A DNA stretch of 64,000 nt, from assembly GCA_000091205.1 (NCBI GenBank), contig AP006502.2; one strand, given 5' to 3'. The position numbers were made by a program, and so were the translations under genes. Source of the DNA: Cyanidioschyzon merolae (lineage: Eukaryota). The notes below the pieces were generated by a model, which had not been told where the DNA came from, did no database searches, and saw nothing but the letters and a program-made list of their open reading frames with translations. The first letter of the stretch is position 1; every line of letters starts with the position of its first letter. This document shows positions 1-10,840 of the stretch, piece after piece.

Positions 1-543
1 CAAGCTGTCGTCCGAGGCTCAGAGCGCTGCCGTCGAGGTTGTGCAGGAGCGTGCACCCGTTGGCTTGCGCGGCCTAGACAGTCCTCGTCTCGGAGCTAGT
101 GGAGCGCTTCCTCAGCTGCGGCCGCGTGCGGTACGGTATCCGCAGCGCTTGCTCACAAGCGTCTTACACCGGTGCAGCGGATCCGGGAACTGAAGTTCAA
201 CCAAAACACTCTCTGATAAACTGCTGGGAAGCGTGTTGGACGGATAGAGGGCTGCGGTGAGCTCGAGCTCTATCGACGTGTTTGTGCGAACGCTTTGCGA
301 CGTTCGCGCACGTCCACGAGACTCTCTGCTGCAGCCGGGTACCTGTGTCTTTGAGCGTGTGTCGAAAAGAAGACCAGTTCGACAGGGCCTGGTTTGTGTG
401 TGTGCGTGCTTTTAGAGCACTTGTCGACTCGTGACAGTGTGGTGCCTCGTACTGGCGGCTCGCTCGCTTACATTCTGTTCTCGGTAACGGGAGCGCGTTG
501 TTTTCTACCGCCGTGCCTGGAACTCGTCAACTTTTAATTTCAT

Positions 544-1281
544 TTGTTTCCCGCTAAGACTGCAGACACCTGGACGTCTCTTGCTTCGGTTTCCAACATG
601 GATGGCCCTGCACCCTCTGCAGGGGCGGAGCCTATGTTCCGCCTACCTCAACCACCTCCTCACTTGCAACGATTTTTTGATCCATCGTTCTACACACGGA
701 CTTTCTTCTGTATAGGCCCAGTGTGTCTCTGCTCTGGAGCTGGGCTTGGTCTGGGCGTCGGCTGTGGTGCCGGTATCGGTAAGGGATGGATGCCCATCAC
801 AGCTTCCACATCGGCAGCGGGCGGCGGCCTGGGTGGCTCCGGCGCGTTTGCGTCCCTGCCGCTGGGCTCGATGTTAGGCGGCATTCCCGGAGGCTACTTT
901 GTCCTTGACCTGTTACGCAATGTATTGCGAAAATTCCCCGGTGCACAACCGGGCGTTGGATGCGGTGTTGGTTTCGGATACGGGATCGGTATTGGGCTGC
1001 ATTACGGGAGAGCGGGCGCAGCGACGTTTCGGCGGACTTCCTACTCGGTGCCTAGCTCGGGTGCGTACAGGGCAGGCGGCGAGTACGTTGCACCGCCGCA
1101 GCCAGCAGCACCCGCACCCGCTCCAAGTCCTGATGTTCTGCGTCGCGTGAACGAACTGGAAAAACGGTTACAAAATCTAGAGGAGCGGCTCAATACCCAG
1201 ATTCGGCTATTTGAGCTCGAGCAGCGACTGAATCGTCTCGAACGAGACACAGGCGCGACCGGAAAGAAAAAGGGCCACTGA
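544..1281 (+). CDS. hypothetical protein with a Gly-rich N-terminal low-complexity region (GxGxG repeats) and a C-terminal heptad/coiled-coil segment
   Basis: 245-aa ORF. N-terminal Gly-rich repeats (GLGLGVGCGAGIGKG, GVGCGVGFGYGIGIG) followed by a clear coiled-coil-like C-terminus (NELEKRLQNLEERLNTQIRLFELEQRLNRLERD). GC-rich DNA can generate such ORFs by chance, so support is weak. Confidence 0.3.
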   Translation: MFPAKTADTWTSLASVSNMDGPAPSAGAEPMFRLPQPPPHLQRFFDPSFYTRTFFCIGPVCLCSGAGLGLGVGCGAGIGKGWMPITASTSAAGGGLGGSGAFASLPLGSMLGGIPGGYFVLDLLRNVLRKFPGAQPGVGCGVGFGYGIGIGLHYGRAGAATFRRTSYSVPSSGAYRAGGEYVAPPQPAAPAPAPSPDVLRRVNELEKRLQNLEERLNTQIRLFELEQRLNRLERDTGATGKKKGH

Positions 1282-1302
1282 GGTGAGCAAGTGCTCTCAG
1301 TC

Positions 1303-1332
1303 GACACCGACACCGACACCGACACCGAGACC
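1303..1332. repeat. (GACACC)n hexanucleotide microsatellite
   Basis: gacaccgacaccgacaccgacacc followed by a degenerate unit gagacc, immediately after the stop codon of the ORF ending at 1281. Confidence 0.9.
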
Positions 1333-2184
1333 TGTGCCGCTCGTGTTGATTTACATTTGGTGGATTCGCAGCACCGGATCGGTTGCTTGATTTGCATCAA
1401 CTGAGCCAGAGAATGGCAGCGCTCCAAGTAGGTGACATGCATACACATGCGCTGTTTGGAAATGTCGTGAGCGGATAATACGGACGATAGACATGACGCC
1501 ACATATAGGCTGAAACAGAGCGCTTCATCAGGTATCTAAAATAGGCACTTAAAGCGTTTACCAGTCACTCGAAGTACTATTTGAGAATATGGGATAGATG
1601 AAACGAAGCAGAGGTTTCTTGATGTGCGAACGCTACCAGTCGCCAACTTAGGGGCCCGAGCTCTCCCGCACACGCTCGCACGTGCGACTGGCCAAGAGCA
1701 CTGTTTTCCCCAGGAACAGAGGTTAGATGCAGGGAGTCCAAGCGTGTCCAGGCGACTGCACACGCTTGCCGCAACCCTGTATCGCTACGGAACCGGAAAC
1801 GTTCGCTGCTCGTCACCGATGGTTGCTGTTCGGGTGTAGTCGCTACCGGGACCCCTCAGAAACGCCATGTTTCAGCTTATTACAAGAAATCGCCCCTAAT
1901 TGTCCAAGCTTGTTGGCTCCTCATCGAAACCAAAAACAACAACCGATGCATCTAGCCGCACTTTCCTACGCTCCTTGGTTCATCTCCTCGTTTGTCCTGC
2001 TGCTCGCATGCCCGCAAATGCAGGCATGCGAGCACTTCCTACGAGCGTGTCTGTTCCAGGTCGTATGGCCGCGGGTATCCATATGCGCGTGCACGTGCAC
2101 ATACGAGCCTTTGTGTGCATATCCCGGTGCATATGCGTCTACATATACGAATGCGTGTTCGCGCGCACGGTGGACGTGCATCCC

Positions 2185-3138
2185 CTAACGAAACGACCTC
2201 GATTCATGCGACAGAAACTCAACCATGGGTGCCCATAGAAATTCCCGCTTTTCCAAGAACTCAGACAGCAACCGGTCGAGATCCTGGCAGATTTCTTCAG
2301 GTAAACAACACCGACGGTCGCCAATCTCAGAGAACGACAGCGTCTCGCGCTCATAGTTCGCATGAAGCCTCTTGATCTGGTCTTCATTCATGATCGATGT
2401 GCGGCGGTACAGATCTCTCGGCAGGAGTGCTGCGATCGTACTCTCAAACCGAGATGGATTCTGAACGAACTCATCGTAGTTGATAATATCCCATATATCG
2501 CTTGGCATTTGTTCCAACTGCTTGCTGAGATACAGCAGACTCTCTTCCGCAACTCGCGCCAGATAGAGCGGATCCAGTGACTTGCTTCGAGAGGATGTGT
2601 ATTGAATACAGCGCAGTGGATCGCGCCATAGAACCAGGATTCGCAGGTCAAGCACACCTCGTTGGTGCAAGTCGAGCAAGACCTCGAGATCCGGGCGCCT
2701 AGCTGGCTCCCGCTCCGGCCCAATGGGAAACGTACTCACTGCATCAAGGATGCACGGGGTGCGTCGGCTGGCAGACACCAAGTGCTGGTCTTGCAGGGCC
2801 AGCTCCAGCGACTCGGAGAAGAACTTGGCATATCGGTGCTTCGGGTCGTCGCCGCCATCCAGGTGCAAATTCGGATCCAGTACCTCGGTTGTTGCGCAGG
2901 GTTTCAAGACTTCGCGGAGAGTGCCGTGCCCGGCGCCCTCGATGCCAGCAATGAAGAAGTACAGGGGGCGACGTGTCTGGCCTCCGATGAAGATCTCTTC
3001 GACACGGAAGTCGTCGGAGGACCGCCTTGATCGAATTACTAGTACCAAGAGCAGACCAAGTGCGCAGAGGCAGAGTAGTAACGCTTTTCTCTGGCGCTGA
3101 GTCCAACCCCGCATGAAAGTTGAATAAAGTTCGAGCAC
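2185..3138 (-). CDS. type II membrane protein, sulfotransferase-like (P-loop-like GxxGxGT and RDPxxR motifs)
   Basis: 317-aa ORF. N-terminal signal-anchor (LLLCLCALGLLLVLVI). FFIAGIEGAGHGTL resembles a 5'-PSB/P-loop. LWRDPLRCIQYTSSRS resembles the sulfotransferase 3'-PB RDPxxRxxS motif. Functional call is tentative. Confidence 0.5.
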   Translation of the reverse strand: MLELYSTFMRGWTQRQRKALLLCLCALGLLLVLVIRSRRSSDDFRVEEIFIGGQTRRPLYFFIAGIEGAGHGTLREVLKPCATTEVLDPNLHLDGGDDPKHRYAKFFSESLELALQDQHLVSASRRTPCILDAVSTFPIGPEREPARRPDLEVLLDLHQRGVLDLRILVLWRDPLRCIQYTSSRSKSLDPLYLARVAEESLLYLSKQLEQMPSDIWDIINYDEFVQNPSRFESTIAALLPRDLYRRTSIMNEDQIKRLHANYERETLSFSEIGDRRCCLPEEICQDLDRLLSEFLEKREFLWAPMVEFLSHESRSFR

Positions 3139-3524
3139 GGTGTCCGTTGTGAACGTTTTAGGGAAAACGGCTTTTCGACAATATGCCGCGTGCGATGCAG
3201 CAGTGCGCGCGCCGCGCTGTTTGGCGTTCGGCGCGATGCCTCCGCGCCCAGCACATTACGGACGTTTTGGTACGCTCATGCACAAGTGCAGCGCGATCAG
3301 GTACACTGCCTTGTCGCACGCTTCCGTGCTACTTTACATGGAGAGATCCGAGCTTCCTGCAGTCAAATAGATTCCCGACGAACGTACGTTTTCACTAACC
3401 AATCTCAGAGATCCATGCATCCTATCCATACCGCATGTGTAGCTTGCCCGTACGCGAAACGCTTCACAGATGGCACTCGCAGCATATCCTCGTGGATCGG
3501 GTTTGCTCGCACTCACATGATGCG

Positions 3525-4166
3525 TCAATCATCGGGCAGCGCTTCGTGCGTTGTTTCCTCGGAACGTGAGAATGACTCTTCGAGTTCGAATACTTCCGCA
3601 GAAACACGTTCCACTTGGGCAAAGTCATCGATGTGGTACCCCGCGCGCCCCGGTGACCGCGGCACGTCCTTGAACCAACCGATATTATCCGCAATGAGGT
3701 GCCGGACTTGGCAACCCGGACAAGTTATGATCACGATTCCATGGCAGTACGCTTGTCGGCTAAAACGTTTGCGAATTCGGGTTTCACAGCGCGCACACGT
3801 AAAGGCAATGGCCATTTTCCGAGAACCCACTTGCTCAGCGAAGCGGACACGCTGTTCTGTCACCACCTCTTCGACGACATCCGGTGGGAGTTTCCGCGCC
3901 GCTGGGGGCAGGGCACCCGCAGTGCCGGTCTCAGGCCGTGAGGCCTTCTTCGGCTCTTCTGCACGGGCGTACAAGAGCCCTGCAGAGGAGCAATGTTTCC
4001 TGCACTGTGCCCGGGCTCTCGGCAGATGAGCCAAACTTTCCCTATGGACAGTTGAGGCAAACGTGTTCCCTGCAACATACCCACGAGGCTTCGTCAAGTG
4101 CCTCAGAGGAGTCGCGCGTCCAACGCGAACACAGCAACAAGTGCGGCTCAGCGGAAGCGCAAACAT
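3525..4166 (-). CDS. DNL-type zinc finger protein (Zim17/Hep1/Tim15-like mitochondrial Hsp70 escort protein)
   Basis: 213-aa ORF. Motif FTCARCETRIRKRFSRQAYCHGIVIITCPGCQVRHLIADNIGWF matches the zf-DNL C-x2-C...C-x2-C...DN.GWF signature. N-terminus is Arg-rich, like a mitochondrial presequence. Confidence 0.7.
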   Translation of the reverse strand: MFALPLSRTCCCVRVGRATPLRHLTKPRGYVAGNTFASTVHRESLAHLPRARAQCRKHCSSAGLLYARAEEPKKASRPETGTAGALPPAARKLPPDVVEEVVTEQRVRFAEQVGSRKMAIAFTCARCETRIRKRFSRQAYCHGIVIITCPGCQVRHLIADNIGWFKDVPRSPGRAGYHIDDFAQVERVSAEVFELEESFSRSEETTHEALPDD

Positions 4167-4253
4167 GCGTTTTGCACGCGCGCTCTCAGGCGTTTGAGGA
4201 GCTTATTTCGTAACCAAGACTCCGGGAGAGGCTCCAAGGGGCTGACGTTCTCC

Positions 4254-4294
4254 GCAGTGCAGTGCAGTGCAGTGCAGTGCAGCGCAGCGCTGCG
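4254..4294. repeat. (GCAGT)n pentanucleotide microsatellite, degenerating into (GCAGC)n
   Basis: gcagtgcagtgcagtgcagtgcagtgcagcgcagcgc, about 90 bp upstream of the start of the minus-strand DNL zinc-finger gene. Confidence 0.9.
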
Positions 4295-7243
4295 TCGGGC
4301 GACGTCACCGCACCTCGGGGCTCGGTGTCGGGCCGAACGCGGCGGATTCCGGTGTGCAGCGCCGAGTGCGAAAGCGCTGCCCGCACTGAGCCGAGGAATG
4401 AGGCCGCCGACTGGTGAACGGTGTTGCAACACCAGTGCTGCTCGCCGGTTCATGCGTCTTCTCGAGGTGAGCGGTTGACGACCATTGGCCTCGTCCGTGT
4501 CTATACCCGTGCTAGATGAACATGGAACGCTCAAGTGCTTGCTCTGATCCTGGTCTGCGCATTGTTTCCGAGCTTTCTTGGATGTACATTCTCGAGCGTT
4601 GAAGTGCATCAGGAGAGGCTGGAGGATTCATCCGTAATTTTGGGATTCTCGGTCGTTGCTCCCGAGTGGTGCCTTCGACGCGTTTGTCGCTGGCACTTGT
4701 TGCGTTACCGGAATCAAGACGGTTATCGACGATCTTGAGCAAGTGGTTGCAACATATACCATACACTGATTCCATCTATACATGCAAGCTTCCGCTCTTC
4801 TCCTTGACCTGCGCGTGACTGGCTGGCTTCCGGCCTGCTTCAAGTATTCGAGCTTGCGCTTTCAAGACGACTCGCGGGCGCAGGAATCCGCTTAGCTGGA
4901 TTGGTGTGAAAAGACATTCGGTGTCGAATTTTGCGCATTATTCACCAGCTGATACCGAATATTTTATTTCACTTTCCACGTCAAATAATCGATTCCGTTC
5001 CGAAGAAAAATCTTCCTCTGTTTGTGGCGAGCAACGAATTGGCATTCCACCGCAGCACGATGCCTCTTCCGTGGTATGCTCTCGGGCGCTCCGGTCTCTT
5101 CTGTTAGCATGCAGAAGGGTAGTGGGCTCGGACTTGGTCATCGCAGCGCTCGCTTCCTATCGCGAGTATATCATCGCTTCGCGTGGAAGAAGTGTAGATG
5201 GATCGAAATTTTTCGACGCCCCGCCTAGCCTAGGTTCCTTTCTGGTCCTTGATTCATCACGGGTAGCATCACGTTCCGCAAATCCTCAAACGAATGGAAG
5301 AGCGTGCCCTCGCGCATGGAGTGTACAGCGTATGCACCGAGGAGATACCCAGAAGAAGCCCATGATATCAGGGTACAGCTTGGGTCAAGAGGCACGAAGA
5401 AGGGCATCGAGGGGAACCTGCTGTACGCTTCAAGCGCTTCTACCGAGCGATGAAGCAAGCGTTCGTGCGCGACAGAGTCACGCTCGGAGGAGTTGGTATG
5501 GTAGCCATGTTGGAACACCTGACCACGATCAGGTGTCATCGCTGCGAAGAGCATACTCAGGCTGTATACAAAAAGATGGAAATGACAAGTAAAGCATAGC
5601 CTGCAACTACTGCCTGTGCATGCAATGTGTCGACACCGGCCCAAAGCGGCGAAATCGGGATTTAATTGCTGCCATGGAAATCATTCGGATGATGACAGCT
5701 GAGCTGGCGATAAAAGACAGACCAGCGCATCCAAAGCCGCGGGTAGGAGAGACAAAGGAAGCAGTCGCAGAACAAGTCCGCAAGGGCTTGTACTGATGGC
5801 AGCGAAAACAGACCCAGGCATTCGCGTGTACGCCCGAGTTAGAGGATACGTTCCATTCTATACTGATACGGGTGTAGAACGCACGAGCGCGTGCGACTAC
5901 TGCCCGTGAATAGAGCATAGCAGGGCGCGCGCAGGCACCAGAGCGTGTGCTCGGGAACTTTATGGTCAGTGGCTTGGCGGTCTCGCGGAGCAGGAAAGCC
6001 TCCATGGGCTCCTGCTGCCGTGCGCAAGGACCCGCCGATTTCTCTGGGCTTTTCGCCGTCTTGAGAAATGCGCATGCCTGCGCAGCGTAACTGCGTCTGT
6101 TGCTACAACAGCCTATCAGTAAACAGGAGGATGATGCATCATAATCACCAAATCGACTTGGTTTCATTCAGGGAATGATGGTATCGGTGCTTTCGAGTTA
6201 CACTTTCGACTAGAGAGCGTACCGGAACGAGCGACAGATACAGTGAAGTATCGCCGCGAACTACAAAACCGCCTGTGTATAGCGACGGCATTCAACAGTT
6301 TTTTTTGAAGTAGAATCGACGATGCAAACCAGAGATTCCCGGATGCGTGACGGTTACTGGCAACCGCAGAGCCCGTCGCAGCGCCGACCCCGACCCGCTC
6401 AGGTCCATTGGCCCCAGAACGAACATTTCTCCCGAAATAATGCATCGTTCAAACGATCTCCTGGGCACCGAGCATACCATGTGCGCCATTTGTGGCGTTC
6501 CAGACATCCTCCCGACACCGAACGACATTGCCATCCTTTTGCGGGCGTCGAACGACGGCTTCCGTGGGTGCGAGGTCGCTGCTCCTCGTGCACAGCATCC
6601 TTCACTCGTGTTTCCATGGCGTACGGCCCATACGTCGTATCAGATTCGCTTACAAAACGGTAAAGATGCCGCGACTTTGGTGTCTTCAGGGCCAGGCACC
6701 CACGCGTCTCTATATGGATTCGTCTGGGTGCAGAATCTTGTGAGCGAACCAGCGATCGCCGAGTGCCTCTGCTTCATGGCAGGCGTCGAATCGAGTGCCG
6801 ACTCCTGCACGGGCGATGGTGAGCCAGCCGCCACCGGACCATCTTGTCCAAGTTTGGCGATCTCGATTGGGTGCCATGTCTGATTTATACATTAAAATAC
6901 ATACTTGATCTTCATTGTCTAGGTACGTGTCCTGCGCAGAGCCCGCTACACTTCCAGTGGATCGCTGCGCTGCGGCGAAAGCTTCGCGAAGGCATCTAGA
7001 ATCTCAGGCCGTTTCTCGAGAAGCGCGCACCGAATAAGATTCTGTGGCCAGGATGCAGCGATCGATGCACACTGGTATGACTTGTACAGACTTGTACAGA
7101 ATAGGTCGACTTGGAACGCTGCTGGTCGATATCGGCGAATGGAAGTTTCGAAGCGCGCCGCATAGCGCTGAGCTCCGGTTACTCGAACTGGGAAGCTACG
7201 CAACGTTGACTGTTTTCAGAAGGCTTCCCGGGTCAAATAAGAG

Positions 7244-8596
7244 ATGGACTTATTGGCAAAAGCGGCGGAAACGAGCACTGCTGGAGAAGACTCGGAGAGC
7301 TCCCCGAGAAAGTCGACTGGTGACCGTCCAAAACGCTCGGAGCCAACGCCGTTTATCCTGAAGCTGTACGAGCTGGTCTCGGACCCGAGCACAGACGACC
7401 TCTGCACCTGGACGGAAAACGGTGACTCGTTTGTTGTCTTGGAACCGGGTCGGTTTACGAGTGAGATTCTCCCACGTTATTTCAAACATCACAACTTTTC
7501 GAGCTTCGTTAGACAGTTGAATCAGTACGCGTTCAACAAGTGCTCGTGCGTTCGCCTCGAGTACCGGAATCCGAACTTTCTTCGCGGTCGCTTTGACCTT
7601 TTGGCTCAAATAGAACGCAGGCCGAATAGAAAGCCGACACCTCCGAGCCTCCCTACTGTGAGCCCTGACACTGGTCCACCGACAACGGCTGGGTCCGGTG
7701 CCATCAAGGCCCAGCTACCGTCACCGTCTGCGGCACCGTCGAACCAGGAGGCCGCGTCGTCGTGGCCAGGACCGGGGTTTGCAGCGTGGCGACCACCGCA
7801 GGCGAACTGGCAACCCAGCCAGGGCAAGTCTCCGGATATTTTCAACCCGCAAGCAGGTGCTTGCTGGCCCGCGGCTGTGTACGGCCCAGGTGGGTATGTC
7901 GGCTCATCGCTCGGACCCGTGCCTGCGCGGCCGGACGTGTTTCCAGGGCGTGACTCAAACTATGAGGCCTTCCGCCTGCGACGTCATTTCTCACCGGAGC
8001 TCGCCTCGCGAATCTCTCAGTGGTCGCGTTCCGAGGATGCCCCAGCGAGCGGCCGAATGGAATCCCATCGTGAGACCGCGGAAAGCCCCGCCTGGGGAGC
8101 GTGCGGAGCTCGCGATACACGACAAGCAGAGCAGGCCACAGCATCCACTGCCTCACAGTCGACGCAGAGCCTGCGCGTGGCGAGGTATCCGGCGAGCACG
8201 CTGGTCAGTGTCCTACGCGAACGACTGCTGGCCGTGGGATCCGAGTACGTACACGTGGACACCGCTCTGAACCTGGTCGCGGAGCTTGAAGCGCAACAGG
8301 AACGCGAACTTTTGTCGATATGTACAGAAACCATCCATGCTGTCGACAGGTTTCGCAGCTGCCTCTGGACGCTGTGTGCGCGTCGCGCCAGCAGAGCGTA
8401 CGAAAGTGCGGTCGGCGAGCCATTCACGTTCGCCGGTCGCTCGACATCGACCAGCAACCCGACATCCGGACAGACGGACTCGCCTATGGAGCAAGCGCAG
8501 AGCTCGGCGACAACGGATGCCCCAGCAGGGTCCTCAAGTGTGCTCGGATCGATGGACATGGGACCGCAGCCTGATGTACCGCTACCAGGCAAGTGA
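7244..8596 (+). CDS. HSF-type DNA-binding domain transcription factor (heat shock factor family)
   Basis: 450-aa ORF. N-terminal region FILKLYELVSDPSTDDLCTWTENGDSFVV...LPRYFKHHNFSSFVRQLNQYAFNK...RNPNFLRGRFDLLAQIERR is a canonical HSF winged-helix DBD. Downstream is Pro/Ser/Gln-rich low complexity without an obvious HR-A/B heptad array. Confidence 0.8.
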   Translation: MDLLAKAAETSTAGEDSESSPRKSTGDRPKRSEPTPFILKLYELVSDPSTDDLCTWTENGDSFVVLEPGRFTSEILPRYFKHHNFSSFVRQLNQYAFNKCSCVRLEYRNPNFLRGRFDLLAQIERRPNRKPTPPSLPTVSPDTGPPTTAGSGAIKAQLPSPSAAPSNQEAASSWPGPGFAAWRPPQANWQPSQGKSPDIFNPQAGACWPAAVYGPGGYVGSSLGPVPARPDVFPGRDSNYEAFRLRRHFSPELASRISQWSRSEDAPASGRMESHRETAESPAWGACGARDTRQAEQATASTASQSTQSLRVARYPASTLVSVLRERLLAVGSEYVHVDTALNLVAELEAQQERELLSICTETIHAVDRFRSCLWTLCARRASRAYESAVGEPFTFAGRSTSTSNPTSGQTDSPMEQAQSSATTDAPAGSSSVLGSMDMGPQPDVPLPGK

Positions 8597-9348
8597 ATCG
8601 ATGGCGCACCTGCCTCCAGGAGGCATATGCGCTGTGTGCTTGTTTGCTGACGCACGTCGATGTACAGTGTTATGATGTGACGAGTAGGTGACTGGTTCGC
8701 ATCTGTCATGGACGGCTGCTGCCAGAGAGCCACCCATCTCGTTCAGTGGGATCGTTTCATGACGTTTTGCTCCTCTGCACGGGCGGAGCGTGTAGTATAG
8801 GATGAAGCGTGGTTCAAAGCTTCACACGAAGAGCGAGGTCTCGTCCACTGGCACGCTACGGGAACGCGCTGACAGTTCAGGTATCAGACGAAATTTTGAA
8901 CTAGGCCTGATAAGACTCGCGCTTTAAGCGTCTTCATCCAGTATCTTTTGGACGATTTAGGGGATCTATGTTTGTGGATACTTGTTGGAGAAACGGCTCT
9001 CCCCTGGGTGCTTCGCATGACAGGCCAACGAGGGGCACTGGCTGCACCAGTGCTACGCTGAAGCGCGGAACCGGCGACCCTGGTGCATTCCTGTCCGAGG
9101 GTCACCGATTGCGTTCCAGGTATTGCAATTGACGTTGGTTGTTTTGCCCCCGGGAGCTATTCGAGCAGCGCGCAGCGTTGTGGTGCGTGTCCACCGCCGA
9201 TTTCGCCTCTTCATGAAGAGGATGGAGCACGATCACAAAACAAAAAAATGGACAGGATCAAAGCTGGAATCTGCACAAATTTAGAGGTGCTTTTTGCGTG
9301 AATTCGCCTTTGCACATATTTAGGGAGCGCCGACAATACAAGTCCATG

Positions 9349-10641
9349 TCAACAGGGTCGATCCACTAATAGATCCGGTAGAGTGGCCGGGCAGCCAATG
9401 TAAATGACATGGGAATCATGAGGAATGCGTCCATTCTGACGCAGCCTCCAGTCCTCCAGAGCCATGCCATAGGCAAGAAGAAACTCGGTGGAGACTTTGC
9501 AATGATGACACCATACCTGTCTCGTTGAGATGGTCCGAACTTTGCGCATCGAATGAAGTGCGGCATGGATGCCTCGCCACGAGGCCTCGAAAATCACATA
9601 GGCCACCTGTCGGGACGGCACAGTGAGCACGGCTTGGATCGGAGCCCCGAAAGCATCGAAATGCGGCCTTATGAGCGCATCGGGAGGCATCCAGCCATCA
9701 CCGAATTGTAACTCGACACCGTTGCGGCATATGGAGTACGGCTGAGCAGCGTGCACTGGCGAACGGACGCCAGGCGACCACTCGATCCATCCCGCTTGGA
9801 CGATAAGGTCCGCGACCCACGACTGCCGAAACCGAATCCGCACCACTCGCTCCGCGCCGTACCACAACGGGCCAAGGCGTTCAGGTTCAACCACAAACGT
9901 GCCATGTGGATCGAAAACGTCATCATCAAAGCGCTGCGCCAGAAAATCGTGTAGGCGCTCGTTGGTCATATCTCGAGGTGCTTCGTATGCGACGACTTCG
10001 TAGCCGTTACGGCGATGGTACGCGGGCCCCAGCCGAATGCGTCGCGAGCAGATGCGTAGACGATGCGCGAGCAATCTGGCACGCTCAGCGTCGCGGCTGT
10101 GCTGAAACTCGACGAACCCAAATCCGACACATTTGCCGGTAACCGGATCTCTCTTGATGTAGGCACTTCGAACCGCACCGTAGTTTGAGAAGCAATCCAC
10201 CAGATCTCGCTCGGAAACGTTCCCACTCAGGTCGCCAACGAAGACCTGCGCCCGCCTGGACGAGGTCGGGCCAGGACCTGCGTTCGGCATCGCCGACACA
10301 TTCCAGGTCGTGTGGTCCTCGGTTGACAGTATCCGCGGTGGCGCAGAAAACGCCCAGGCTACCATTTCATCAAGACTATGGAATCGCACCACCACCGGAG
10401 CAACAGAAACAGGAGACACGCTGTGCGGGCAGTGTGCAGCGCCCCGATTTTCAGATGCGACACCCGTGGGACACGGTTCAGAGTCGCGCTTGTCCGCTGG
10501 TGGGTGCGTTTTCGAGAACCCAGCAAGCACCTTCCTCCAATCGAAAAAGCCTCCCTGCTCGGGCAGCAGATCCCGGATATCTGTGTGCTGGTCCAGCGGT
10601 CCCGCGAGCGTCGGGCGGAGAGCGCCTACCAGCGCCTGCAT
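9349..10641 (-). CDS. RRM-domain RNA-binding protein
   Basis: 430-aa ORF. RNP2-like VFVGDL and RNP1-like KCVGFGFVEF within QVFVGDLSGNVSERDLVDCFSNYGAVRSAYIKRDPVTGKCVGFGFVEFQHSRDAERA. C-terminal half unassigned. Confidence 0.6.
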   Translation of the reverse strand: MQALVGALRPTLAGPLDQHTDIRDLLPEQGGFFDWRKVLAGFSKTHPPADKRDSEPCPTGVASENRGAAHCPHSVSPVSVAPVVVRFHSLDEMVAWAFSAPPRILSTEDHTTWNVSAMPNAGPGPTSSRRAQVFVGDLSGNVSERDLVDCFSNYGAVRSAYIKRDPVTGKCVGFGFVEFQHSRDAERARLLAHRLRICSRRIRLGPAYHRRNGYEVVAYEAPRDMTNERLHDFLAQRFDDDVFDPHGTFVVEPERLGPLWYGAERVVRIRFRQSWVADLIVQAGWIEWSPGVRSPVHAAQPYSICRNGVELQFGDGWMPPDALIRPHFDAFGAPIQAVLTVPSRQVAYVIFEASWRGIHAALHSMRKVRTISTRQVWCHHCKVSTEFLLAYGMALEDWRLRQNGRIPHDSHVIYIGCPATLPDLLVDRPC

Positions 10642-10759
10642 CGATCCGCCGCTCTGGTGTTCTTGATTCGGAGTTCGCGACCGTGCTTGTGTGGAAAAAG
10701 GCCAACAAGCACAGCAGAACGCATTTCACAGCCTCTAGAGCGCTACGTCACCCATCGAA

Positions 10760-10840
10760 CACGCATGCAATTCTTGCCATGCATGCACGCCAGACACGCA
10801 TGCCTGCATACACGCATGCATATATGCATGCATGTGATCC
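10760..10840. repeat. ATGCAT/CATGCA-rich low-complexity tract
   Basis: catgcatgcacgccagacacgcatgcctgcatacacgcatgcatatatgcatgcatg. Similar tracts recur at about 2.04-2.2 kb and 17.67-17.70 kb. Confidence 0.7.

Noticed and set aside
1-194. Possible C-terminal end of a gene truncated by the window edge (frame 2: ...KLSSEAQSAAVEVVQERAPVGL...GSGN*)
   Set aside because: It is only 63 codons with no motif, and GC-rich sequence yields such ORFs by chance.
3190-4029. 279-aa ORF on the plus strand
   Set aside because: It lies antisense over the DNL zinc-finger gene, is Arg/Ser/Ala-rich as expected from GC-rich antisense DNA, and has no recognisable domain. Most likely spurious.
4906-6167. ORFs 4906-5592 (+) and 5607-6167 (-) as genes
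   Set aside because: No domain, motif or compositional signal beyond length. Left uncalled.
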